A DNA stretch of 64,000 bases, taken from NCBI GenBank assembly GCA_004431415.1, contig QPMI01000005.1, positions 806,001 to 870,000 of the forward strand, read 5' to 3'. Source of the DNA: Cyanophora paradoxa CCMP329 (taxonomy: Eukaryota > Plantae > Glaucophyta). The translations under genes and the position numbers were made by a program. The notes below the pieces were generated by a model. The model was not told the origin of the DNA. It saw only the letters and a list, made by a program, of their open reading frames with translations, and searched no databases. Shown piece after piece: positions 53,601 through 64,000 of the stretch (position 1 is its first letter; every line of letters begins with the position of its first letter).

Positions 53601-56600
53601 TACGCGTCTGATGGCTTCTTCAGTCCCGCCGGCTTCTCCGCCTCTTACTCTGCCGGTACCCGTCCCGCGTGGCGCCAATCTAGAGAGATCTATATTTTCC
53701 TGACGCCAGGATCAGTGCGACGTCAGGCGCCGGAGATCGCGGCGGCGGTGCCAGTGGTGGGTTCTTTCTCCCTTTCCGTTGCCGTCCTCTTGTTGTTTTC
53801 GTCGGATATGCCACTCGTCTCGGCAACTGTTTCCTGCTACAATTCTACCTCCATTTATATATCGGGCTCCGCCACTGCCGCCGTCTCGGGCAGCAATGCA
53901 ACTATTCATGTACCACTCTCCGCTGCCTCTTTCAGAGTCCGTTTCGATCTTCTCGCCGTCAACTGCTCCGCCTACTGGGCATCAGCCAATGACGTCCGCT
54001 CACCGCTGTCTGCTTCTTGCCGATCGCCTCTACTCGGTGCTCACGATCGCCCTCACTGCAGTACGCGTGCTTACGTGATCTCACTCACACTCGTTTGCAC
54101 GTCGACAGTCGAGATGGCGACGCCGTTCGTGACATCTATGGCCCAGAACTTCCTCGGTAGCATCACGGCCACTGTGACGTACAATTTTTCAGATGGCGAG
54201 CAGCCCGCTGCCTCCTTTGAGGTGCACTGCGCTTGTCAGTGATACGTACCTCCTGAGGCCTCTAGCGAGGCGTGCCTTCAGCTAAAATTATCACTACGGC
54301 TGCTTCGGCAGGTTGTGTGCGGAAATTCGGCAGCAGGCTCGTATAGGGCGAGCACGGTGGCGGCTGTGACGGGTACTCTACAAACAGCGACTGTGCGGGT
54401 CGTCGTTCCCGCCATGGCGGAGGGGTACAACCTCTCCTGCTCCGCGACGGCGCGCGCCGCCATCGGCGCCCTTTCGCACCCCTCGGCCGAAGTATCCGTC
54501 TCCGTCGCGGGCGGCCTCGTCACGCAGCCGTACCGGGGCTCTGGTAAGCTCCCGCTAATATATAGAACATCGCTCTCGATATCTGCCTGATTTCGACATT
54601 TATGCACGCTATAATATTTATGTGCCCGGCATTAATCTCGATCGATCTCGATAAGTTTAACTCGCCCCGCAGTGGCATTTTTTCGCAGCGATAGCACTTG
54701 TTCCGCACAGACTCGAGCTCTGCCAAGGGGCTGCATTACGCTGCCTGCGATGTCCATTGGCTCTCCACTCACCATTGAATTCAGGTATGCCGCACTATAA
54801 AAACGCACCAGCCGCGGTATTTGTCCTAAGGCATTTACGTCTAGGTTTCTTCTTCAGGAAAGCACCGCACAGTATTACGAGAAACATTTTTCATTCCTTC
54901 AATTTGATTCTTGTAGAATTGCCATTCGCGACCTTCCGACTCTGGCATGGCCGTTCGCGCGCAATGGCAGACGACTCTATCTCTTTTGCGATATACATGA
55001 TGATGTAACGAGACAATGGCTGTATGATTTTCAAGCCATTTTTCCGTTCCAACTTCAGGTGCTCGCTATGAGTTTCAAGCCGTTTTCCCTATTGCTGACC
55101 CATTAATGCTCGCTCGCTGCCTATCCCATCTCGCACCTTTCTTATTCAACGCTCTGCTCCCCCTCGCGGAAGGTGAACGCATGGGTGCATTTTGTGTTCA
55201 GCGTGGGCCCCGGAGAGCAGCCAACTTGCCGTGCCTACTTCAACGGCGCTCTCTACCGCGCTTTTGCCTGTCGGCGGGTGCACGGGAGCCAGCCTGGCAG
55301 TGCTGCATGCACGCTCTGCCCTGATTGTGAGCTTGCGAGACAGATCCAGAAGAAATCTAGACTCACATACGTGAAAACCACAGTCGGTGGTCTCAGACCC
55401 TACTACGCATACAACGATCAGGAAGACCTTTGCATGGTTTCCCTCTCCGGTTTGCGCTCAGCAACTTGGCATTTGTTGCGAATGCGTGCAATTCATTTTA
55501 GTTCAGACGTGCGCCTGTGGTCTGTGGAGCGGAGCGCGGAGGAGATCGCCGCCTCGTACGAGTACCGCCCCGTCTCCACCTACGGCCTTGAGCTCTACCT
55601 GCCCCTCGCCTCCGGCCTGGTTATCTGCCTCTTAGCTTCATGGTTTGTTCGGTTTTTTAAACAAATGCTGCTCTCAGGAGGACGAGTCCGGGCGGGGACG
55701 GCATGGTGTACTCGAGCCCGCAAACGGAGCCCTCACATTCGTCGCCCGGCCTGACACCGTCCGTCCTGCACATACCCCACCGGCCTGACGCCGTCCGCTA
55801 TAGATCTTGTTGGCTGCTCGGAAATAAACGTCTTTGCAGGAGCTTTTGAACTCCAGCTTTGCGCTGCCCGTCGATCCGCCAGCACCGGGCCCCATGCTGC
55901 GCGTTGACCGTCAGCACAACATCTCTGGCATCGTCCTCTCGGGCCGCGCGACGCAAGTGCGCCGCGCCTTCAATTACCCTGCACATGCTCCCAGCCGCGG
56001 CTCCCCCGTGTCGAAGTTCATGCACGCACTCACAATCGTGAACACGCTCAGGGGATCTCGCTCAATGAGTCCCTTTACCTACTGGGCGGCGGTTACCCTT
56101 ATTTCGGTAGTGGTGACGAATATTTTGTGGAGCTACAGACTCCCTTCGCCAAGCTCAATATTGCTTCTGGTGCACATTATACAATTAATATTAATATCCG
56201 TATAGTACAGAACAGCCCGCATGCGCAGACCCTATTCGCTGGGATGCGATTGATCATGACTCAATCAGCTGGACACGGAATCCAAACTTATTCATATATC
56301 CAGTTTTCGCGACGGACAGCGTGCAATACGTGTGGGTTTTCGGGAATTTTCAGACACATACGTATACAGAGATTCAGCGAATCGGTCAGCTCGCTTTGCT
56401 AAGGTCAACGCGACATATTTAATAATCATAATGTTATTTCGCGCAGATCTCATTTCGGGCATTCACACGATACTACCAAATTTAGACGGACCTTCCCGCG
56501 TCGGCAATATCGCGGTGTACTTTCGGGGTTTTGTGTATACCTGTTGGGGTTATGATACCCGCACTTCCATCTATGGTGTGTTGCTATTCTTCCAATTTCA

Positions 56601-59600
56601 CTTTTCATGTCTGGTGGTGATTGCCCTCGTGGGCAAACGCGTCTCGATTTTCAGCCCCCTCGGATCTTATCCGCTTTAATATCGTGAACAACACATGGGA
56701 GTATAACGGCACTCCGCAAGGACTGCCGACGAACCCTCCGCCTCGTCGGAACCCTTCCCACGGCCTTATTGGCAGTCGTTGGTACATTTACGGGTGCGCA
56801 TCAGACCTCCGTGCCTCGTTTGCAAAGATACCTTACGCTACACGCCTTTCACAGCGGATACGGATATCAACCGGGCGCATTAATCTCTGATATGTGGTAA
56901 AACTCTTTCGAGTTTAAATCTCTACCCAAATAAAAGGGCTATTGATCTCACAAATTCGAGCATTTCTTGTTTTTATTGTGTTTACGTTCACTCTCTTCTG
57001 CACTTGCACTCAGGTTCATCGACTTGGCTGTTGATTCGCTGAAGTGGGTACAGGTCAGCCTCCCTGCCAACCAACTCCAACTAATAACTCGATTTAAATC
57101 ATGGTGAGTGTTATATGCTGGTCTTCGAGTCTAGTTTTACTTAAGCCAGTGCCTGACCTGTTTCGTTTGCGCAGGAGCTGGGTCAGCACTGTTGCTCCTT
57201 CACCTTTGTGCTAGCGCTCTGCTAACCAAGAATGTTTGAACCAGATCCAGGGAGAATCCTTGGTTTGCAGTACTCTTATTCCGCCATTTGGAATTGACCG
57301 ACGTGCAATCTTGTTCTCCAGGTGATTGGGTCGGGTCTGGATACCACGATCGGCGACTCAACAGATGCATCTGATGGGGTGCTTTTCTCACAAGTAGATG
57401 CGTTTGTCTTCTCGGACCGTGCGCTTTCGAACTCGTTACCGCGGTGTGCATGCGCGGCATAGACCGGACTGCAGGCTGCCAGAGGTGGACGGAGCTCGCT
57501 ATCGAGGGCGAGTTCCCCGACCTTCACTGTGCGCTATGTCCACCTTTGCACTCCTGCGCCCTTCAAGGCTTGTAGCACTCGTCAAGAGCTGGCCATGGGT
57601 CGGGCACAGGGGCGGCGAGTGCCTACATCCCGCGGTTGGGCAAAGCGGTGATTGCGATGGGCGCTACAGCCGGCCCTGTGTATCACAACAGCGTCTACTA
57701 CGCATCCGTCGACCGTAGCGCCACCCCACCAGCCTCGCGCCAGTCTAGATCTCCACTTACGAGATCGAATTCTACAGTTACGGGCTACCTGGATGCATCC
57801 TGCCGCCTCGTGCCCTCGCCTCCTCTCCTTGTCAACGCGACCCTCCTCTGGAGCCCCGTCGACGGCAGCGTGCAGGTCGCGCTTTCTTGCATTTTCTTAT
57901 ATGTCATCGAAGACCTTTAAATGTTCAGTTGCTTTCAGACCGTAGTGCGGGCTACATTCCGAGCCGAGCAGGATGTGCGACGCATCGAAGTCACTTGCAA
58001 CTCCACTGCTGGACTTGGTCTTGCTGCCGCATTCTTCAACGTCACTGCTGCTGACGCCGCTGGGATCGATCTGCGAGTACAAGTACCCGCTTTCGCTGCA
58101 GCCAGCCCAGCTTTCCTCTGCACCGCAGTCACAACTTCCTCCGAGGGCGCCGTCTCGCGTCCCTCAAAGGCTATTCTCACCACGTACCCACCGCTGACGG
58201 CACCTTTGCTGCGGGCAGCCCGCCTGGGCTCGACAGTAGTGTATTTGTCTTTACTGCTCCCAAGCAAGCCCGGAGCGCCCCGCGCCACAACCGCCAACGC
58301 CACTTGCGTGCCTGCCGAAGAGGCTGCCAACGATATTCGTGGCGACTCCATCCAATGGAAAGTGAGGAATGCTTCGGTGCCTCGCGACGTGGCGTCAATG
58401 ACAATTCCTGTGACCGGACTCCTTCCGGGATCGTCGTACATCTGCCTCGCCGCCCTAGCCAACGCGATTGGGCTCTCGCCCATAGCCTCCATCTACATCA
58501 ACACCGGCATACTTGTCGTTCCTCCGGAAATCATCGCAGCCGAAAACATCACCGATAAATGTGAGACCGCTCTTATATATTCGTTATTGAGGACACAGCT
58601 AATGGATTGCGCGCGTTTACGCAGCGTTTGTTTTACGCTTCTTGATGCCACTCGGATGGGAGCATGCGGGCGTGCCAATTGCTTATGTCCAGGCGAGCCA
58701 CCGGCGGCAACCGCGCTCAATCGGGCACAGCCAGCCGCAGCCCGGCCAGTTCGGGGATTGGAAGCCACGCGTGAACGTGACGGATTTCGGGGCGACATTG
58801 CTGGAAGATGCGCACCTGGATCCGGGAACTGTGTACGAATACTTGCTGTTGGCATACGCAAACGGCACCACCTCCGTTCAATCGAACGTGTGGCGCGTCG
58901 TCACTTGTCCATCGCCTCCGGTGCTGCGCGATCGAGCTCTGTCGGTTTCTGTCAACGCCGCGAGCCTCGGGATCGACCCGCCCTCGGACGGGTCCGCGAC
59001 GGTCGCGGTGCGCGTGCTACTCACAAGGCAGCTCTTCGCGATGGGATCGACGACAGAGCTCGTCGCTGGGGAGGGAAGCCCACCGGCTTTGGACGCAAGT
59101 CTTCAGTTCACAGATACTGGTGTCAAGCCAGGGCGGACGTACACATACACTGCGATGTACGCTCTGGAGACGGGCTACAAGTCTCGTCCGAGCTCCCCTG
59201 TCACAGTGCACACACCGCCGAGCGCTCCACAGCTGTCGATTATCGAGGGGACGTCATCGTTTGCCAGGCTCCGCATCGGATGCCCTGCTGACGCAGCGGA
59301 GCAGTACATTCGGAAGGTGGAGCTCTTCCGTGACGGAAAACTGATCGCCCAGATACCAGCGTGCAGCGAGTCTGGCCCTTCGGTCGATTATGTGGACTAC
59401 GTTGGCATGGACCGGGCCAGGGCGGGGAGCATCGCCTACACCGCGACGTTTCTCGGCGACCACGGCACGGTTTCGCCGTTGTCCGTTGCACTTGACGTCG
59501 AACTTCCGCTGAAGCCGCCCCCGACACCGGCGCCCACCCCGTTCATCGAGCCGTGCACTTTCGCAGCAACATTATCGCTGCCCGCCCAAGTCAACGGCAC

Positions 59601-62600
59601 CACAACCGGCCGGCTCTCGTTCCTCTCGGGCCTGACTAATTTCAAGGACTTGGATTCCAATTCCAGTGAAGCTTGGTTCCGCTTTGTTCCACTGCGATCG
59701 GGGTGCGGCGCCGTCTGTGCACGCTTCTATCGTACACTTATTGTTTTTAATCATGCGGGGCTCTGGACCCTGCAGCAAACTTGTTATCTCCACCTGCTCG
59801 CCGTCGACTTCGTTTGACACGGTAGTGGGGCTCCTCGCGGCTTCCGTCTGTCCTTTGGCATCCGCAGAAAAAGCTCTGATCGCCGCAAATGGTGCGAAAC
59901 CATAATCGATATCAGAACAAAGTCAACAGCTAATACGTTGCGCGAAGATGACGCTGCACCGGGACTGTGCCCAGAGAACGATGTCCTAGGCCTGAAACTG
60001 TCGGTGCTTTCTGCATCGGTTTCTAATGGAACCCTTCTTTATATCGTTGTAAAAGGTCATTTTATTCAATCTTTGTCTCCTTGTATATGGCCGAATCGAC
60101 TCGGAGCTCGGCAGGATACGAGGGAAAGCAGCAGGGCGCTTTCCGTTTGTACGTCAAATTTGAAGATCCCCCACCGACGCCCGTCCCTTCGCCCACGCCT
60201 TCTCCGCTGCCGGCGCCGAACACTACACTGGTCCCCTGCTCCAACGCTTCCCGCATCGGAGCCCAGGCATCGATCGCTCAGAGGACTGGCCCGGCTTACC
60301 TTGCACGTAATGACAGCGGAATGGGAGAGGCCTGGTTCAGCTTCGTTCCTCCTTATAACGGGTTCGATTACTCTGATACAAGGTCGTCCGCCTTTTCTAT
60401 TCTGATTTCGACGTGCCTGCAGGCTGCTGATACTTTCGACGTGCTCATCGGTTACGAATTTCAGCTCCTCGATCCTGCTCCTGAATGCTGCTGCGTGCCC
60501 CGTCTCGTCATTTTCAAACTCTTCCATCGTGGCCAGTGCAGGTATGCACCTTCAGCTTAATCCATATTCGAGTTTATATGCCTTCGGCACTAGCGCTGAG
60601 GCGAGTCGGAAGTTTTTTGACTCGGAACGCAGACGACGCTCCAGGCTGCGCTCTGAATTTGCGCGGTGCGACCTTGAAGGTCCCCGTGTTCGCTGGGGTG
60701 CAGTACTACGCCGTCGTGACAGGTTCGATTGAGGGCATGCCTTTGACTTCGCTCGTTTCGATTTCTGACTCCGCAATGTATGTACCTACAGGCCCCAACT
60801 CCGAGAACAGGATGTTCGAGCTCGAGGTGGCGCTAGTGCCTCTCGCCCCGCAGAGCGATCCCCAGAGAACGCTTTTTCTGGAATACGGGCCTGGCAGGCG
60901 CGTTACGGCTTTGTCGTGGGGTCGTCGCATTGGCCCAATCGCGAGTATGAGCTTGGCCGGCGCTGCGGACGGCGTGATTGCGACCGGAACAAGCGACGGC
61001 ACGGCCCAGCTGTGGAATCCAGTTTCTGGCTCTCTTGTCTCGCAGATACGCGCGCACTCGGAAAAGGTCAGCGCGGTAGACATATCTGCGGACGGAGCTC
61101 TCCTTGTCTCTGCGAGCTCCGATGCTTCGATGCGTCTGTGGTTCATTTCGTCGCGGCTAAGGATCGGCGAGCTGATGCATAAACGAGCAGTAAATACTGC
61201 TGTGTTTTGGCAGTCGCATCTCATCGCCTCCGCCAGCGACGATGGCAGCATTGTTGTCAGAGCTGCCGAGACTGGGAACATTGAGTGGCAGAGGACTGCA
61301 GCCCACGACGGCTCTTCGATCCTCGCACTTGCGTTATCGGCCAACGGCACGCTGCTCCTGTCTGGCTGCGACGGTGGCAGAGTCAGAATCTTCAACATTT
61401 CCGCGAAATCGAGCGGCTCAAAGGCGAAGAAGCTCGGGGATCTGAGCTCGCCAATTCAATCTGTCGCTTTGTCCGGGGACGGCCTTCTGGCGGCGGCGGC
61501 GGTGGCGCCGACGAGGAGGGGATTCACACAGCTAGAAGAGCCGCTTGTCCGAATCTGGCGGGTCACAGATGGGACACAGATGCAAGCCATCACAGGGCAC
61601 GCGGCAGGAGTAACTGCTATTGTCTTTACTTCAGACAGCCGTCAGCTCTTCACATCTAGCATCGACGGTCTTGTGCGGGCGTTCGCGTCCACGACCGGAC
61701 AGCTCATCGCCGTGTACAGAAGCACCACTCGCATGGCGCCCGTCGAGTTTCTTGCTTTGTCGCCCGATGGACGCCACTTGGTGTCTTGGAGCGATCGAGC
61801 GGCTCATGTGTTTGGTATAAATCGGACCGCTTCCGACGCCGTTGCGCCCCTTCCGATAGAAGTATGGAAATTCGAAGGTGCTAAGAATTCACATCATTCT
61901 GGATAATGAGCGCTTCGTCTAACAGCTCCGTCGACGTCGTGCAGATGCATTTGCCGCTGTTCAGAGCGATCGCGAATCTTCAACGCCGTCTTTTGTTAGC
62001 CTGGACCTGTCATTCACGAGCGCGCGGTCTAGCATCGGTTTTCCTCCGCCCGACGCGGCTGCAGTCTCAAGCAGCAGTTGGAAGATCACGGCACCGAAAG
62101 GCTCGATAGTCGTGTTCAATTTCTCGAGCCTGTCGATAACGGAAGGCTTTGACACTGTATCGGCTCGTTCTCTTTTATCCTTGGTCTCTTTACAAAATCG
62201 CTCCAGTACTGAGCATTGCGAGCAGATATACAATGGAATCGATGAAACACGAGAACGGCTGCTGCAATTTAGCGGAGATCTTACGATGCTGAAAGCTCAG
62301 CTTGGCGCCACGGAAGTGTACAGCTCTCACTTGACGAGCGCTCTGCACGTCGTATTCGAAGCTGGGTCTGGTCAAATCGAAGAGGAAAACAGCATGAAGT
62401 CGAGGTTTAATGCCGTAGCGTATTTCAGTGCGTTCGGTATCTCAGTTAAAATCTTCTCTTGCATTTCACATTCTGATTCCACTCGCTTTACGCAGTTCCG
62501 GTTGCGCGCGTGCGTTTGCAGAGAGAAGAAACCACGATTCTTGAATGTCGGCATCCGATACTCTCGGACACGTTGCCCGCAACTGCTTGGTGCGTTTTAC

Positions 62601-64000
62601 GTTCCAAACGTGTTTTGCGCAGACGAACAATCGTCTGATTCGCCCAACTCACAGGTTAGTGTCGACAGTGCTTGGACATCGCATTCGAATTGATACGATG
62701 AATTCTTCCCTCGACAACGCTGGCGACCTGCTGACGGTGCCGTTCGAGTCGTCGAAGGGTATTAATATTACCATTTACATAAGCCTCGCTTCTGCATTAC
62801 AGGTGTACGAAGGAGAGACAATCCGGCGCGAGATGACTCTCCGTGTGCTGGAAGGCACTTCTGCATCGGAGGCAGACTTCTTTCAATCCCGCATCTCAGT
62901 TGCAAGCTCCTCGAATTTACTGCTGCTCACTCTGCGGCCTTCGCGATCGAACTCGAGCGCCATTTTCGAAGTACAGTCAGGCATGCGCACAAATCGCTCA
63001 CCGTAATTTGTTTGGTCTACAGCTATTAAGTGAACTCTGGGCGCAGTTGCAGAGCCGACCGAGCCGATTTCCCTCACCAACGCTTCTACTCGTGTTCGAA
63101 TCCAACGCGAAGTCAGTACTTCGTCGCGCGCGGGAAAGAAATGGTGGAGTGTTTCACGCTGCTTTGGCGACTTCATGCTTTGCATAACAGTATCCTTGAT
63201 CAGGTTGATTACAGCTCCAGAGGGCTGCTTCGCAGAGCTCGAAATTGTGAGCCTCACTGCAGTCCAGCCAGTTTCTCTTTCGGTCTGTGCTCCGTAACTC
63301 GCCTTCATTTTTTGAACGCAAATATTTTGATTCATGTTGAATACACAGATCTTCGATGGCACTGACGCAACCGCTCCCGTCATTCTGCAATTCAGCGGGA
63401 CTACCGAGCAATTGCTGGATCTTCGCTCTTCGTTGGTGCTTCGAAGCTCTGCAGGCGGCTCAAAGGCTCTGTTCGTTGTCTTCCAAGTGGAAGGCACTGG
63501 CGAGGCCGATCTGTCAGGGGCGTCTTTACTCGATTGCTGGGCGCAGTACGGTAAGGAATCGATAAACAAATCATTACCGCAGTTCGTGTAGATATCTCTT
63601 AAACCGCATGCAATTACCCCTCGCAGTCACGATCCTCAGAGCGAGCGAGACGGAGAAAACTTTGGGGGAAAGACAAGTTTACGATGTTGCGCGCAAGTGG
63701 TGCGCCCTAGAAAGCTGGCGGCCTCTCTAGTGGCCAGAGTTCCATGAAGTAAGCGCTTCTTTCCGCAGGGAGATTGTTACGTCGCCGGGCGGCCAAATTG
63801 TCCTCAAGTTCGTCAACGCAACGGCAGTTTGGAATGAGAACATTCTTGAGGTTTAATTTCTTTCCTGGATTGTTTTCACATCGATATTACCAGCATTGTG
63901 TTGAGACAGGCAGTCGCAGGTGGTGGACGACTACGGAGTGCTCCTTCGCTCCAGCGGCAATATAACAGCTTCAGATCGACCACAGCCTTTAATCTCGCGC
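50639..64000 (+). CDS. Giant secreted/surface mosaic protein: signal peptide, 5 CUB domains, FN3-like, LamG-like, Kelch-like, FN3, WD40 propeller and further CUB-like domains; truncated by window end
   Basis: WALALLAVLAAALAAIAAG signal. CUB repeats FDDGSG..Y..N..W|LITAPEG..V.LRFT.FDTE..YD.V|YDG.S.SAP..LSG..STG..MLV.F.SD..GF.A.Y (50.7-53.7 kb). WVHFVF..YFNG..DVRLWSVERS (LamG-like). PPPRR..IGSRWYIYGG (Kelch-like). GLLPGSSY, LDPGTVYEY, GVKPGRTYTY (FN3). GTSDGTAQLWN, SASSDASMRLW, GHAAGVTAIVF (WD40). May be more than one gene. Confidence 0.72.

Overview
Eukaryotic nuclear DNA from a flagellated, GC-rich, intron-dense organism (species not identifiable from sequence alone). Introns are mostly short and include frequent GC-AG types. 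Genes: a damaged F-type-lectin/F5-8-like gene (1-4.4 kb, -), a RING-TM-ankyrin gene (-), a giant Cys-rich multi-TM surface protein (+), an unknown coiled-coil gene head-to-head with a NEK kinase, TMEM208/SND2 head-to-head with IFT56/TTC26, and a giant CUB/FN3/LamG/Kelch/WD40 mosaic gene running off the window end. Mobile DNA: a 5'-truncated L1/Tx1-type LINE with poly(A) and a 15-bp TSD, two short copies of its 3' end, three related TA-CCGT MITEs and a 40-bp hairpin minisatellite. The most striking signal is that much of the intergenic DNA consists of nested micro-insertions with a fixed grammar, X-[C]-revcomp(X)-[G]-X, where X is a 3-mer. Comparing repeat copies shows these are insertions. The pattern matches hairpin-mediated excision footprints of a transposon with a 3-bp TSD and C...G ends (CACTA/EnSpm-like), acting at saturating density.
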